Shown: positions 1 through 13,495 of the stretch, in pieces | How the letters are laid out: every line of letters begins with the position of its first letter | Position numbering within the stretch: the stretch's first letter is position 1 | Source of the DNA: Amphiscolops sp. MND2022 | Taxonomy: Eukaryota | Assembly: GCA_964187785.1 (NCBI GenBank) | Contig: OZ076409.1 | Coordinates: 66,218,001-66,282,000 of the forward strand | Length of the DNA: 64,000 nt | Reading direction: 5' to 3' | Position numbers and translations under genes: made by a program | Notes under the pieces: generated by a model | What the model was told of the DNA's origin: nothing | Seen by the model: only the letters and a program-made list of their open reading frames with translations | The model's database searches: none

Positions 1-608
1 AATTCTGCATTAAGACTTGTACGACAACCGTTCTCCTCTGAGACACACTCTTCAGAACTTATACCTTCTCCTTATTTTACTTCTGGTTTCGAAACCGCTT
101 CATTACTCTCTTTCGATGCTCAAACTGCATTCCTCTCTGGAAACCTTTTCTCTGAAGTTATAATACCTACTCCTGTTTCTGCACATATTAGACTACCTGA
201 ATATTATACTGCTGATCATTCTAGACCTCCAACTCCTAATTTTGCTGACTATCCACTTCGCGTTGATGGAATAACCATCTACGATCCACAAAACGATCCT
301 AAATTTCCAATTCTTGCAGAACGCTTTATTGCTAACAACGATCTCTTATCTCACAAAAGAAAAGAAACAGAACTCAAGCGACTCCAGAAACCTAGTCTAG
401 AACTTAAAGTTGAAGTCAAAGTTAAATTTCAAGGTTTAAATCCTCATCCCATATTTCACGTTTCCAAAATAGAACACAATACTCCTCCTGCTCCATTCGA
501 AATAGTACATATTGAGTTTGAACGAGATCTAACACAACCAACTATTACATATGGCAAAATCATCTTTGTAACCCATATTCAGGACTTAAATATACTTCTT
601 CTTTCTAG
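1..608 (+). pseudogene. C-terminal part of accessory ORF2 (Pro/Ser-rich, Met-less protein) of copy A
   Basis: Frame 1 reads NSALRLVRQPFSSETHSSELIPSPYFTSGFETAS..., matching copy B ORF 59716-60972; 1-nt deletion near 567. Confidence 0.8.
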
Positions 609-3270
609 ACTCTATACAAGACTCCATATAACAAATTGATACTTCATTTACACTTATTTAACCTAACCTTTTCAATACCTATAACACCCTCAGATACAGA
701 AAATTATCTTCCATCAGACGACCCAAATATTACAAACCTCATAGTTTCTCACTATGATTGTGCAAAACAACATAATTTGAGACAATTCAATTTACTTAAT
801 GTGAAACAATGCACTGAAGCTCCTTCTAACATTAAACACGCAAGTGTTAAAGCTCGAGTTTATGTCAGAGCAAAAGCTAAACGCATTAAAGCTTTTAAAT
901 GTGTTGCTTATGCTAAAAAGGAAAGAAAGATTTGCTTTCGAGGATCGGTTAAATACCGCCTTGTTGACAGAACAGTATGGAACCACAATACTTTACCTTA
1001 CCACTTCCTGTTACCCTTGATCGTTTAGAATGTAAAAACATTATTAGACACCCCCTAATGGTACTAATAACAAAATATTGAACAACCTACATTACAATAA
1101 AACCTTTACACTCTTAGAACTCCACTACTTCCAAGAACGTTTGGAACGGTATCAAACTCTTTTCACTGAATATCAATTGAACAAAATGTACACAGGCACC
1201 TTTACCTTCATGCCTGTTGATAAAAACTGGATATATGACTCAACTCAAAACCCTTATCATAATTGTCCTTCTCATCATCAATTTGAAGTCAATTTAGTTA
1301 GTTGGCGATTAGAAATTTCTGAAGTAGAACTTACTTATGATGATACAGCAAATGTTATGATAATTGATGGACATACATTACCCTGCTATTTTGCAGATGG
1401 CTTCTGTAAACCGACAACTAAAACTCCTTTTACTCTTGTTTGGTTCAATGATGACTTTTGTTTAGTTTTTACATTACAAGACTTTCTTGGACGTATGACC
1501 AAAATTGAAGATCGCTATTGGATTGAAACCGACTCTTTTGTACACTCTCCACATTCAGTAAAACCGAAAACCACTTCTAGTATTGAAGGTACAAAACACC
1601 CATATGTTTCTGTTCCTCATACACAACATCCTAATAACCCAAGTCTTTCACGCTTTGAAATATACCCTAAAGCACAAACTTTTTGTGGAAAACCAGATTC
1701 ACTTTATTCTACACAATATTCAGATCTTTTCGTTACATACACCGATGGTTTTAACATGCATACAGGACAACCTATTCCTCATTCTTTGTTTGACGAATAT
1801 ACTTCTGGCAAAATCGTATGAGACAATTCAAATAACAAATTCGTATTCCCTGCATTAAATGTTTCAAACAACTTTGCTACCATTGACTATGATGCACACA
1901 TAAACACCAAAATAGATTATACTATAAATCATGTTTTTCGTTCCATGACTGTACAAGAACTTAAAAACTCTTCATACAGTATGTGAATTAGAACAAAATC
2001 AACTTCTTACAATACTCACAATGTCAGTACAAAACCCTCAACTTGCTGGTTTCCTTTTAACAAGAAATTGTAGTAACTTTTTGTACGTCGGAGGCTCCAC
2101 TGCCTGGCTTTATGATTGTCCCCATTTTCTTTCTCCTTTATACAAAGCTGATCGTTGCTTTGACCGTATACCTAAACACTTCAAAGATACTCTTATGTAC
2201 GTAGACCCAATCACTAGACAAACTTATGACTATGCTATTCCATTACATGTGATAATAACCCAAGAAATATTTTTGAACTAGATCCTGACTCTGATGATCA
2301 AGATTTTTACATTCTTGGACCTGAACCTATTAAATGCAAACCTCCACTAATGTTCACACCTTCTCAAAGTAAAACAACAATACGCTCTAACACTTTCACA
2401 GCCCAAGATGCTGGTATTTATTCAAATGCTGAACTTGACCAATTTTGGAACAGAATTCTTTTTTCTAAACATTCCGATTCTACACTTCAATTACTCGGCA
2501 AAGCTCTTCGTTACTCTTTCATTTCATCTAATACTCCCGATTATGATGCAAATTCACCTCATGATAACCCATATAATACATTACGTATTGGACTTCACGA
2601 TAAACTGCTAAACCTAACTCCTCTTTTTACACCTACATGGTTTTCCGATGCTTTTATTGCACGCTTTGGGTACCCTTGTTAAATTCTCACTCAATGTGGA
2701 ATATATTTTTCTACATTTCTGTTCGCACAAGCAACTATCACACTTATTATCAAATTGTACAAAACAATTTCTATTAAATATAATCTTAAAAACAACATCA
2801 CTTCATTTAGTTCTATAGCACATGGTTTTTTTCAATGTCCTTACAGCACAAATGGTCAATGACCTTAATGATACTCAAAACAAAAACCCAAAAGTACACT
2901 TTTTATATCTAAATCTTTAGATCATTTCACTGACACCTCAACAAATTTAATTAACCATTCTTCTGACATTACTTCCCCTCCACCTTTCTATACTAAACGT
3001 CCTAATAAACTCCAGCTTCCTAAATTTAACTTGTTCCCGAAAAGACACCACACTTCTCATCAAAAAACTGCTCTTCAACCCTCTCCACTTCCTTTCTCTC
3101 CTGTCCACTATCCTTCACTTCCTAATTATACTACTAAAAACTTACATCCGAATGACAATCTAACCACTCAACATGACACTTTGATAAACAATCCTGTCAC
3201 CTCTAATACGGATACACCAATTAAAATCTATTCACGGGTAAACTATCCTTTTCCTCCTCCATCTTCTTGA
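551..3270 (+). pseudogene. env: env-like glycoprotein gene, fragmented (copy A)
   Basis: Track ORFs 636, 1078, 2021, 2350 and 3031 are consecutive pieces of the copy B protein 57066-59774, separated by frameshifts and stops. Confidence 0.9.
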
Positions 3271-3530
3271 ACTCCCTTTCAGTCTATTTGCAAATTATCT
3301 CCTAGTTTACTCACTTCTCCACAATTGCTACTCCTCCACCTCTTGAAACTCTTGTAGAAGTTCACCTTCCTCAACCAAATAACACATCTCTCATCACAAC
3401 AGACCTCAAAAACTCTTCATCTAAAGTTGATAAATCCACTCGTTAGTGTAATTCACAGTACTTCAACTTAAAAGTGCTAAGGCCTCTTGGAATAGATAAC
3501 ACTGTGATTGTTGATGTTTTTTTCAATAAA

Positions 3531-4848
3531 ATGACACAAGCACAACTTGATCTACAAAGACAGCTTGAACAAGCAACCGCAGATCTCACAACCAGACCTC
3601 TTTTAAATGATTCGCCTGTTCTATATATTGATACTTCTGAACCAACATCTTCAAATTTTATTGTACAAATGGAACACACAAAAGTGGAACACAAATATTC
3701 AAAGATTCCTACTCCGCCTGACGAAACTGATCGTACACAAGAGACACCACCTCCTCCAAAATAGCGCTATGAAAGAATGAAAGACCCTGTCTTTCTTTCT
3801 TCACCAATCTATCCTCCTTGTATACCTTCCAAAACTTCACTTTGCACGAATCGTGACAATCATTTGATCCCACATCTTTCTCACGATGATTTCGTCTTTA
3901 AAGCAAAACTAACTTCTCTCTATATGCAACCTACTGACTATTCATTCCGCTTATATGACAAAAATCAAGACTTTTTCACATCAATTGATTCCAAAATAAT
4001 GGGTCCATATCAAAATTGGTTTGTTAATGGAGTCAAAAATTTCTCTCTCCAATTCAACTTGCTCCGCCCATCTATTTACGATCTCAAAACAGACTAATCT
4101 GATCCATCCTTTCTTTCTATATCACAAAAAGCTACTCATCATCAAACGTACACTAAACTTCTTTATTACACAACATCACATTTTCGTCACTTACAAATAC
4201 ACATCAGCGTTCACTATGACAAATATGTACACTCTTGGCCACTCCTGTATCACTGGATATCTTCAAAATTATGACCGTATAAAACAATACTTCTCTTTGC
4301 TTCCGTACAATAATACTTCACGCCCACTTATTGTACCTCAAGAATACCTCATACACTTTGATGACTTTTTGTTGCCTTGCAACATTCCTACTCAAATTGT
4401 CAAACCTCTCAATGTTATCAAACATCTAGTATCTTCTCCAATTGACCCTAAAGATAGAACCTACTATACAGCTCTATACAAACAAACCTACTTCTACAAT
4501 GAACTTTTCTTTATTTCTGCAAAAACTTTTTCCTTTTTGGTACAAGCCGAACAAAAAACAGAACATAAATCTCACTCTTCACCCATAAAAAACACTCCTG
4601 ACAAATTTTCCTCTGTCTTGAACAAGCGAACACTTCGTGATATGACAAATCTATTAGAACCATATAAACGAAATCCTTCTGAAACACCTATCACAACACT
4701 CACACATATACTACACTGCTACGACAGAACACACAAACTCCTACAAACACTCGATCTAGACTCTTAACGCATCACTCAATCATCCCAAGCAATTCAATAT
4801 GCCTTGGAAACTATAACTACTCTTTTTAACTCAACTAATCCTCATTAA
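3531..4848 (+). pseudogene. Accessory ORF4, fragmented (copy A)
   Basis: Track ORFs 3474, 3777 and 4021 match copy B 55473-56801 (MTQAQ..., KDP.FLSSPIYPP, HKLLQTLDLDS), with premature stops. Confidence 0.88.
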
Positions 4849-5281
4849 GCTCTACTACAAGTAATACAAATTTCTTAATTTTGCTTCTCTCGTACACTCT
4901 ATGGTACATCTTTGGCACTACATCAACGGTACACCAATTTTTGACCTACCTAAAGGTAATAATTTGTTTTCTGAATGAATTCTCAGGACTATCTTAAAAT
5001 GAATACTTCTTTCTCCTAAAGTACATGTAAACACTAACTTTTCTTGTCTAAAGCTACATATAAACTAAGGTACAAGACATAAACTAATAATACAAGACGT
5101 TATAGCACCAAAATACGATACACTATAGCACCTTTTTATATTGTACTTCTCTTCAATTGTTGTTGTCAATTTTCCTACACTTCGTTTGTTTTAGAAACAT
5201 CCTTTCTTCTTCATCCTCCTTCCATACTCTTTCAGAACATCTCTACTTCTCTTTCTCCGCATTCTACAGGACTTCATCGCC

Positions 5282-5734
5282 ATGGCCCCCAACGCTGAAA
5301 CAGAAGATATAATTACCATGACTTCTAGTTTTTCGAAAGTTCATAGCCTCAAAGCCGCTATATTTCATACTATGGCTTACAAACTTTCTCTTGAAATCAA
5401 CAACAATAAGGTGACGCCAAAATCCCTTATTGCCTTCCTGAAAGTTCTGTATAATGTCACACAATTAAAAAAGAAAAGAATTACATTTGAACAATATTCG
5501 AGATTTCAAGTTGCTGGCCCAAAAATTGCTATTTGTGAAACGGCATCCAATGTCGTTTTTGTACTAAATTCCGCATTTACTTCAAAAGACCATTATTTTC
5601 ACGCTGCTATACAAGAAGCCACCGACGCATTTAACATCATGCTCCACGATTTCGGGTACACACAGAAGTTGGAAAAATACGACCCACACCAACACCAAGC
5701 CCACCCACCTCACCAACATCCTCTATACAACTAA
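5282..5734 (+). CDS. Accessory ORF5 of the env-bearing element, 150 aa, function unknown (intact here)
   Basis: Conserved with copy B 54611-55063 (MAPNAET...FSKVHSLKAAIFHTMA...), with many synonymous differences. Confidence 0.8.
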   Translation: MAPNAETEDIITMTSSFSKVHSLKAAIFHTMAYKLSLEINNNKVTPKSLIAFLKVLYNVTQLKKKRITFEQYSRFQVAGPKIAICETASNVVFVLNSAFTSKDHYFHAAIQEATDAFNIMLHDFGYTQKLEKYDPHQHQAHPPHQHPLYN

Positions 5735-6406
5735 AAATTTTACTAACAATTTCTCACTCTTCAAATACATCTCTCCTTGATTCCTTCATCTTTCCTCGAT
5801 GATGTCCGAGATGAGTTGTTGATCAATCCTCCAAAGAACTTCTCCTACAACGCTGACACTTCTCACTGCTTCATGCACACCCACAAGATGGTCAGCATCA
5901 TCCATCGTCACTCTGGGTTCTTCGACTTTGTCAACCTCCTTCTTTGTCATCGTCACTGGTCTTTCTGGTTCTTCCACTTTCTCAACCTGCCTCTTCACGG
6001 GTCTTTCTTCACGGCAGCCACTACATCGTCGACTCCTTCTCTACTTGACTGGTCTTTTCACTCCGATGAACTGAATTCTCTTGCAAATTTCAAACTATAC
6101 TGTAACTCTATAGTCAATTTCAAACTATACTGTAACTTTAATATAATGCATATTCTTATTTAATGTTAACCCTCCATTTAATCACAATAGTGCATACTCT
6201 AACTTGATCTTATAATCTCATAATTGCCCATATTAGTCGCTAATATAATCTTTGTAAACCCCCCAAAAAATTGCGTCCATAATTATCTTGTAACCACAAA
6301 TTATATTTCTATTGTCATGTGTATAATACATCTATACAATACATCTTTAATCCACACCTTTTACAGAACACAAGTCCTACGTATGGTACAAGAAATTTTC
6401 TGAGAT

Positions 6407-6779
6407 CATCCCCAATATAAATTGAAGTTTTAACATTCCCATTCTTTCTTTACAAACAGACCTGAGTGAAGGACCCCCAAAGGCCTGAGTGTTATCGAAA
6501 TCGAATTAATTATTATAACCACCCCAGTCCCCTGAGTAAAGTAATTGCATATTCAAACATTACTGCCAAAACTATTTAGAACGCCAAGGAACAAGAGAAA
6601 GATCAAATTTTTGGCGAAAATACGTATTTTCAGTACTGTTCGGAGAGTGTAAAAAGTGCAATCTGAAAAAATTTGGTGAGACCTTATTCGGAACCTACCA
6701 GGTTTCGCTTGCCTATTTTCTGCTATTATAGAACGTAAAGTTACAAGTGCAGAAAACCGCGAGTGATTCCAACCAGTGG
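6407..6779. mobile_element. ~370-bp insertion in copy A relative to copy B
   Basis: Copy B reads AGAAATTTTCTAAGATTTTTGGACAAAAA contiguously; copy A has ~370 extra nt between ...CTGAGAT and TTTTGACAAAA. No clear TIR or TSD. Confidence 0.6.
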
Positions 6780-7929
6780 TTTTGACAAAAAAAATTTTAT
6801 TTTACAAAACATGTTTTACACCTTTTTGTTTTACTTCCCCCAAAGCATTCCCAAGTATTTTCAAAAAAATTTTTTTGGAACCTTTCACATCTTCTTTACT
6901 TCGAGTTTTTCAATGTTTGAAACTTGCAGTTGTCAAAGATTTTTGCTTTCAATTTTTCTTGCTTCTGCTCTACTCGTCATTTTTGTTGAAAATGAACTCT
7001 CACTTCAACCTTGACTTTTCAAAACTTCTTTACTTTTGGTTCACAAACCCGCCAATGTTGGTTCACAACTCATTGATACATCACGCTCTAAATCTTCAAC
7101 TTGAAAAATGTTTTCATGCTGACTAATTCATGTTGATGAAATTTTTTCAAACAAGCTGATGGCTGATACGAAAAAAACAACATAAAAAAGTACATTTTTA
7201 TAGTAAATAGTTGTCAACAATAACGAAACTGAAAGAAAGTGGAACCTTTGCACCAATTGAATCGTCTATGGCGTAAGAAGTAAAATCGTCTTAGGTTGTT
7301 CTCACTCCTTAAGTATGGTACATTACAGATCGAAATTCATGCAAACCACATATGAAACAAACCCATGCATAACACATCTGAAACAAAAAACTTTTAGAAC
7401 TACTCAAATCCAAAGTGCATATATGTAATTTTTATTTTCAAATTCCCTGTTGATTGTGATGCCATGATGCAAGTCCTCAAAGATTCTTTAATTCAGAGAC
7501 TATCTGAACCCTCAGCCCAGATAATTAACAGATGTAATCTTATTTGAAAGCTAATTTTTCTAGAAGAAACTTCATTAAATATATCCTGTAACAAGCTTCT
7601 TAGATTCATCCTGTTACTGTCACTTTCTTAATTGACGTAATTGAATGAAACCTACCCTAGTTGATAGAATATATCTACTTGGAGAAAACTAGAATTCATC
7701 CTGGCGATCGGTCTTTTCTCTAGTATCACAAGAACTGAGATCTCAGAAAGTTTAAACTTAGAACTACCTAGCTAACGGTATTTAAGTAAGACGACTCCGC
7801 TGTTAAAAGTCTATACTTCTTATGTCATTCTTAAAAGATGTAAAACAACATACAACAACTCTTTTTAACAGCTCATTTGTTGTACTTTAGTGGAAGTGAA
7901 GATCTTGAAATCTTCGTATTTTGTCTCAG

Positions 7930-8614
7930 GATTTGTTGAAATGTTTGTGGGCTTCCCGTGTCATAAGCGGGTTATTGACGGTCATGATTGCTGCATTCTT
8001 TGTAAAGTCAATTTGAGCATCGCAGGATGGGAGAGGGAGTGGAACACATCCGATTAGATCAAAGGTATTGTATGATGACTCAGAGGCCATTAATAGATAA
8101 GTCATGTTGTCCTGATACAGCTGCTGAGGACAGGCGCATCCTAGAGGGACGCATATCAGAACCACCAGTCTTGAGTTGCCCCTTGGACTTACAGTCGAGA
8201 AATGGATTGGCATTGAGGAGAACGAAGCCAGTGCTGAGGGTCGTTGGCAGCGTTGTGTGCTGAAATGTCTCGTTGTCGTCGACTTCCGGAATGATTTGGC
8301 GCTAAACTTTGGGAGTAATCGCCCAAGCGTGACTGCAAACATGCGGGAGGTCCCGCCTCTGGAAATGCAGGTTTTCGGGGATGCGCTGATCAGACCTGGC
8401 TTTGCAGTCCTTCGTGTAATTCTTCATGCTTGTGAAAGAAAAAAATATGTTTTTGTGTTTTTGTACAGTAAATGATAGGGTTGTCGGCACTTTGGAAGAG
8501 TTCGAATTTGTTTGTATGTAGCTTTAATGGTCGCATGCACCCTTTGTCGGTCACGCAACTTGATTTCCGTGGTTTGTATGGAGCCACTGGAAAGCGACTA
8601 TGATGGAGCCAACG
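7930..8614 (+). pseudogene. 5' part of a decayed homolog of the antisense Zn-finger/hAT-derived gene (interrupted by the Polinton)
   Basis: After acceptor TTGTCTCAG it reads FVEMFVGFPCHKRVIDGHDCCILCKVNLSIAG...GVEHIRLDQRY..RPL..LPLGLTVEKWIGIEE, versus CLLCKRDINVGS...GLRHHRLD..LPL..TCPSFSILEVFELE in exon 5 at 33701-34260. Confidence 0.65.
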
Positions 8615-9305
8615 AGTAGTATACGAATTCCCGATTCGGGCCAGTCAAATATATATTTTTTAAAAAATGTTAATTATATATTTTTTAAAAATCAACGTTT
8701 TTTTCACAACTAACTGTTAAAAAATAACCAAGGCAAACCATCTAAAAATTAGTTATTTTTCACAACTGAAAAATTAACAAAATAAAAATCAATGAACAAA
8801 TTTTTCCAGTGGAAAACTTTGTCATAAAAGAAAAATTCTCTAACCTCTATTTTACTGTAGATGGTAATAGAGAAAATTTGTATCGAGAGATTCCTTGTAG
8901 CAAAAACTTTTGGAATGAATTGTAGCATTCAAGTGGAAACATATGGTATTGAAATAACATCAAGTGGAACGTCACTTGTTGAATTTTTCGAGACATATGA
9001 ATTTTCCGAGACAAATGAAAAAACCGATATAAAAATCTGAAATTTGAAAAAACCGATACAAATATCTCGGAAAAATTTTTATATCTATATATAGAAAATT
9101 TTTATTCCTAATCTTATTACATGGAAAAAGTTAAGTTGCTCAATATCTCAACGGGATATCATTTTTGAGAAAAACAATAAAAATAAAAGTTGTAGACAAT
9201 CTGATGTTACACAATTTTTGTACCTGCCGTTTTTCTCTAAAATCAACCCACTGATTACCACCTGCCCCAACAGGTGTAAAAAATGGGTTTTGTCCATTTT
9301 ATCAA
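8615..9305 (+). repeat. Polinton left terminal inverted repeat (~690 bp)
   Basis: Reverse-complement match to 21845-22521 with scattered substitutions and a ~16-bp indel; inner boundary approximate. Confidence 0.9.
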
Positions 9306-9342
9306 AAATAAAATGTTTAAATCGATGAAAAATAACTATTAA

Positions 9343-9747
9343 ATGAAATATTTATCATTCAAAGAATTTGTTATTAAATATAGATTAAAAAATGAAGCAA
9401 CTTCCAATGTAGAAATGAAAAAAATCTTAAAACTCATGAACACATCTTGTGGAATATATATGAGAGATGATAAATTTATAACCACCAGTGGTATAGTTAA
9501 CTTACATCCAACTAAAGGAACACATTGGGTTATGTTTGTTAACGAGTTTTATTTTGATTCATATGGTTGTCCACCACCACTAAATATAACAAAACAAATT
9601 AATAATGGTATCTATTCAGAATATCAAATCCAGAAAGACGACAGTTATTGTGCAGCATATTGTTTGTATGTGTTATATCTCACAAATATAATAGGCTTTA
9701 AAAATGCAGTTTTAAATTTATACTATCAAACTTTTAAACTTAATTAA
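9343..9747 (+). CDS. Adenain-like maturation cysteine protease
   Basis: GTHWV (His), YFDSYG (Asp), YQIQ...SYCAAYC (Gln/Cys) motifs. Confidence 0.9.
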   Translation: MKYLSFKEFVIKYRLKNEATSNVEMKKILKLMNTSCGIYMRDDKFITTSGIVNLHPTKGTHWVMFVNEFYFDSYGCPPPLNITKQINNGIYSEYQIQKDDSYCAAYCLYVLYLTNIIGFKNAVLNLYYQTFKLN

Positions 9748-9976
9748 GCAAGCTTAGAAAAAAATTCAACAAAATTTTTATTCTTAAATGAAGAAAATTA
9801 ATAATTATTCAGCTCAATTTAAAGTTATTCAAAAGCCAGAGAATGAAAATAATAACAATAATATTCATAAGCAAAGCTCCTTCGGTAATAGTTCAAAAAA
9901 GAAATTATCAAAACAAAACCGAGAATTCATAAATAAGATATCCGCAAGTGGATTTAAACAATTTTTCTCCTAATAA

Positions 9977-11085
9977 ATGGATCTATCAAATTTTGTAACC
10001 TATGATAAAAAAGAATCTCTTTTATTGGGTTTTGCAAAACCTAATTTGGATATTGTTGAAAATACTTTATCCAAACCTCAGGAAACTCTAGAATTTAAAA
10101 TGAATAAACAAAAAGAATCTTTTTCATTTGATATTCCTTTGGAATTACCAGAACAATGGATGATGGGTGTAACAAGTTTAGAAGTATACAACACTGTATA
10201 TAACATTACTGAAAAAAATAACAAATTTAAAATACTTCTCAGAAAAGATCAAATTGATGTACTAGGACTTGACACTGAATTAGTAAAAAAGGTTGAGTAT
10301 TTATATAAAACATCTGATAAAAGAGGAATCTCTAATATAGAAAAAATTAATAAACTTATAGTTGATAATTATACGAATCAGAAAAAACGAGGTCTAACTC
10401 AAGAAGATTTTGATACTTTAACAGAAATAATTAATTTAATTAATCTTGAGAATACTAAATAATAATAAAGGATCTCCCAATATAATTATTCCTGATTATT
10501 TGATTTTTATAGATCATGTTAAAATTGAGTTAACACCAGGAGTATATGAATTAGTTGATTTAAATAATGCTATTAAGGAAGAAATTATAGAAAGCAAAGA
10601 TTATGCACCAGTTGATTTAGAAACATTTAAAAAAATGAACAAGCAAATAATCAACCTTATATTTATATTGGATTCAATATACAAGCCGATACAATATCAG
10701 TGAAATCAATATTATCAACATCAAACCATATTGTATTCAACTCCGAACTTAACAATCTTTTAGGATTTACAAAGACTAGATACTCAGAAGGAACTCATAA
10801 ATCAGAAAAACCAGTTATGATAACAACGACAGACAAAGTTCATCTTAAATGTGATTGTGTAGATGGTTCAATTGTTAATGGTAAACGAGAACAAATTTTA
10901 TTTCCATTTAACCTTAGTGCTCCTCCAGGATATAAAATTGTTAAAGAACCTAATATTATTTTATATAAAAAAATAAACAAAACAAGGTTAGATAGTATTC
11001 AGTTTTTTTAGAAGGTAACAATCATAACCCAGTTGATTTCAACGGGGAGACATTAACATTTACAATTCAAATCATCAAGATTTAA
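9977..11085 (+). pseudogene. Polinton minor capsid protein (penton-like), frameshifted
   Basis: MMGVTSLEVYNTVYNITEKNN, LTPGVYE, LLGF, LKCDCVDGSIVNGKREQIL..APPGYKI and VDFNGETLTF are spread over ORFs 9977, 10446, 10700 and the downstream frame. Confidence 0.8.
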
Positions 11086-11097
11086 TCTTAATAAATA

Positions 11098-11481
11098 ATG
11101 AGCTTTAGTAAATTTAAAAATAATTCATATTGTGTTGGTGGAAAACATTATTCCGCTACCATAAATATTCGTGGAGATATTACTCAAAATAAAAAAACAG
11201 GAGCACCTGTTAAATTATTAAGAGGTACTTGTTCAACTTGTAAAAGAAATAAATCACTTATAGTATCTGATCAAACAATTCAAGCAGAGGGATTGGGTAA
11301 TTTTTTTAAACATTTGGGCTCGGCAGCCAAAAACGTTGGAAAGAAAAAACTCAATAACCCAGGCCGTGCATTGGAAATAGCAGCAAGTATTGGAACTGCA
11401 GCAGCAAGTAAAAATCCTCGAATGATAGCTGCAACTGCTCCTGATATTATGAAATTTGTTCATCAAGGAAAAGGTCTGTAA
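11098..11481 (+). CDS. Small Polinton virion-associated protein (Cys-rich N-terminus, amphipathic helix, GxG motifs)
   Basis: YCVGGKH...GTCSTCKRNK, then EGLGNFFKHLGSAAKNVGKK and terminal QGKG; located in the capsid module. Confidence 0.6.
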   Translation: MSFSKFKNNSYCVGGKHYSATINIRGDITQNKKTGAPVKLLRGTCSTCKRNKSLIVSDQTIQAEGLGNFFKHLGSAAKNVGKKKLNNPGRALEIAASIGTAAASKNPRMIAATAPDIMKFVHQGKGL

Positions 11482-11548
11482 TTGGGTAAAATTCTTTGAT
11501 TTACAGCCTTGCTGTAAATTAAATATTATTTTTTATGAATAATAAATT

Positions 11549-12519
11549 ATGTATTCAGTTCATAATCGAGATGATTTAGAAAAATTAAAAAAATTGCAAG
11601 AAACAAAATCTTCTTTGAAAGCTGAAAGATTAAAACAACTCCTAGGGAAGCAAGACTTTCATTTTGATATTGAAGAAGTGTTTGAACCAGTTACTGAAAA
11701 TCAGAAAAAAGCCAAAACCAAACCAAGCTAGAATCTGAAAAACAATTACAAGCGTTACGTGATTCTACTCAAACTACAACACAAGCAATACGAGAATCGA
11801 GTAACGCTTTGAATAAAAATTTACAAAAATCGATTAAAGAATACGATGAAATTACTTACCGTAATAATCAACTTGTTACAGATCTTGTGAATTCCAACCA
11901 AGTTGATTCTACTATAATCAAGACAGTTTCTAATTTGCTTAATGACAAAAACAAAAGTCAATTTAGTTTAGAACCTGTTACGCAATTCGGTGAAGGTAAT
12001 CCAAATTTATTCACAATTAACCCTACTAATCCACAACAAGTATTAATCAAAGGTTCAACAATAACTTTCGAGAATGGTAACACATACAATTTAAATGATC
12101 CCGATCTTCAATATTTTATGACTAATACACAAATAGATAAAGAAATACATAACGAGAATCTAATTCATTCTTTTTTAAATGATATGAAATATAATCTAAA
12201 TTATGGAGATAAAAAATCAAAGAGATATTATTTTATTAAAGATTTGATTAATCAATATAAGTATCAACATATTCTTTATCAACTATCCCAATTAGGAAGT
12301 GGATATAATCAGTATGTTTTCCTTCCATCTGATCCAGACGAATTAGTGGATCAATTAAAACTACTTTATTTTGAAAAAGTAGGAGGAAATGATAACCCTA
12401 TGCTTAATGAACAAATTATAGCAATTGCAGATAAATTATTACAGTACAAATGCATTACAATAAATCAACATCAAAACATTCTTTCAGCTTTTACTAAAAA
12501 GGATCAATTTGTGGATTAA
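11549..12519 (+). pseudogene. Conserved Polinton protein, frameshifted near 11710-11730
   Basis: C-terminal GSG..FLPSDPDELVDQLKLL..GGNDN..NEQIIAIADKL resembles a recurrent Polinton ORF; ORFs 11549 and 11809 join by frameshift. Confidence 0.6.
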
Positions 12520-13333
12520 AGGTTTTATACTCCGGATTAGATTCATTACATATTTTATACCTACTCCCATTTTTATCTTCTAACCTATTTATTATTAAAT
12601 GATTATACCTCTTCCTTCATGCTTCTCTGCACAATTCCTTGAATTCTTCATAAGACATATCAAAACCTGCTATGTCTCTATAAATGTGTTCTACATCTTT
12701 CAATGTTTGTTGAAATAAAATTATAATATTACTATTGTTTCTAATTGTTCTTTTAGGTAAATCAAAGTATGACTGTGATAAATAATAAAAATCCAGATCA
12801 TTATGTCTTCCCCTAGTAAAAAATGGATCTATTAATTTCTGTGAAGTGTCCAACATATCATCAAATACAACACAACAATTTTGAAACTTTTGAATACTTT
12901 TGTCTTCTAGATCTTCGTCCACTGAAACATCTTCTATTTCAATTTTGTTGTATTGCTCAGGACTCCTTGTAATAATATGAAGTTTCCTTGTATTATCATC
13001 CAATCGAATTAACTGTAACTTGTTTAATAACAAATGGGTCTTACCACAAAATGATGGGCCAACTATTAATGTTCGATTGAACATACTATTATCATTATTA
13101 TCATTATCATCATTTGTAATAATATTATTATTATGATTTTCAATATGATTTATAATTTCATTATTTGTAATAATATTATTTGTATATTTATTATTATCAT
13201 GATTTATAATTTCATTATTTGTATAATTATTATTATCATGATTGATAATACCGAAGGCGCTTTGCGTACATCTTTTTAAATGTTTTGATAAATATGTTTT
13301 ATTGAAATCCTTATTACAAAATTCACACATCAT
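12494..13333 (-). pseudogene. A32/FtsK-like DNA packaging ATPase with a 1-nt deletion near the C-terminus
   Basis: Walker A LIVGPSFCGKT, Walker B CCVVFDD, FFTRGRH. Loss of one G at ~12617 (TGG to TGA) detaches the tail KERYNHL...IDPF*. N-terminal C2HC-like Zn motif and Asn-rich repeats. Confidence 0.92.
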
Positions 13334-13495
13334 TTTTTAATTGAAACATTCTATACATGTACTATACAATTTACCATTTTTATACTCATAAAAATCTGTT
13401 TTCAGTATATTACATTCTTTACATCTTTTTTATTCTCACAATCCGAACAGACAGATTTTTCATTACTTTTTCCACAAATTATACACTTCATTTAT

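Larger units (their letters stand above)
1..7875 (+). mobile_element. 3' half of a decayed env-bearing Ty3/Gypsy LTR retrotransposon (copy A); 5' part lies left of the window
   Basis: Colinear with copy B (52740-60330, inverted) through ORF2, env, ORF4, ORF5 and the 3' non-coding region. Both copies end in ...TTTTAACAGCTCA and then diverge. ORFs carry stops and frameshifts. The 3' LTR start cannot be fixed because no 5' LTR is in the window. Confidence 0.9.

Noticed and set aside
5777..6163. Possible ORF6 of the env element (also 54360-54572)
   Set aside because: The DNA is homologous between copies but has frame-breaking indels and dissimilar translations.
6763..7126. Phe/Leu-rich ORFs in the 3' region (also 53525-53968)
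   Set aside because: Low complexity; start and frame are not conserved between copies; likely UTR or LTR sequence.
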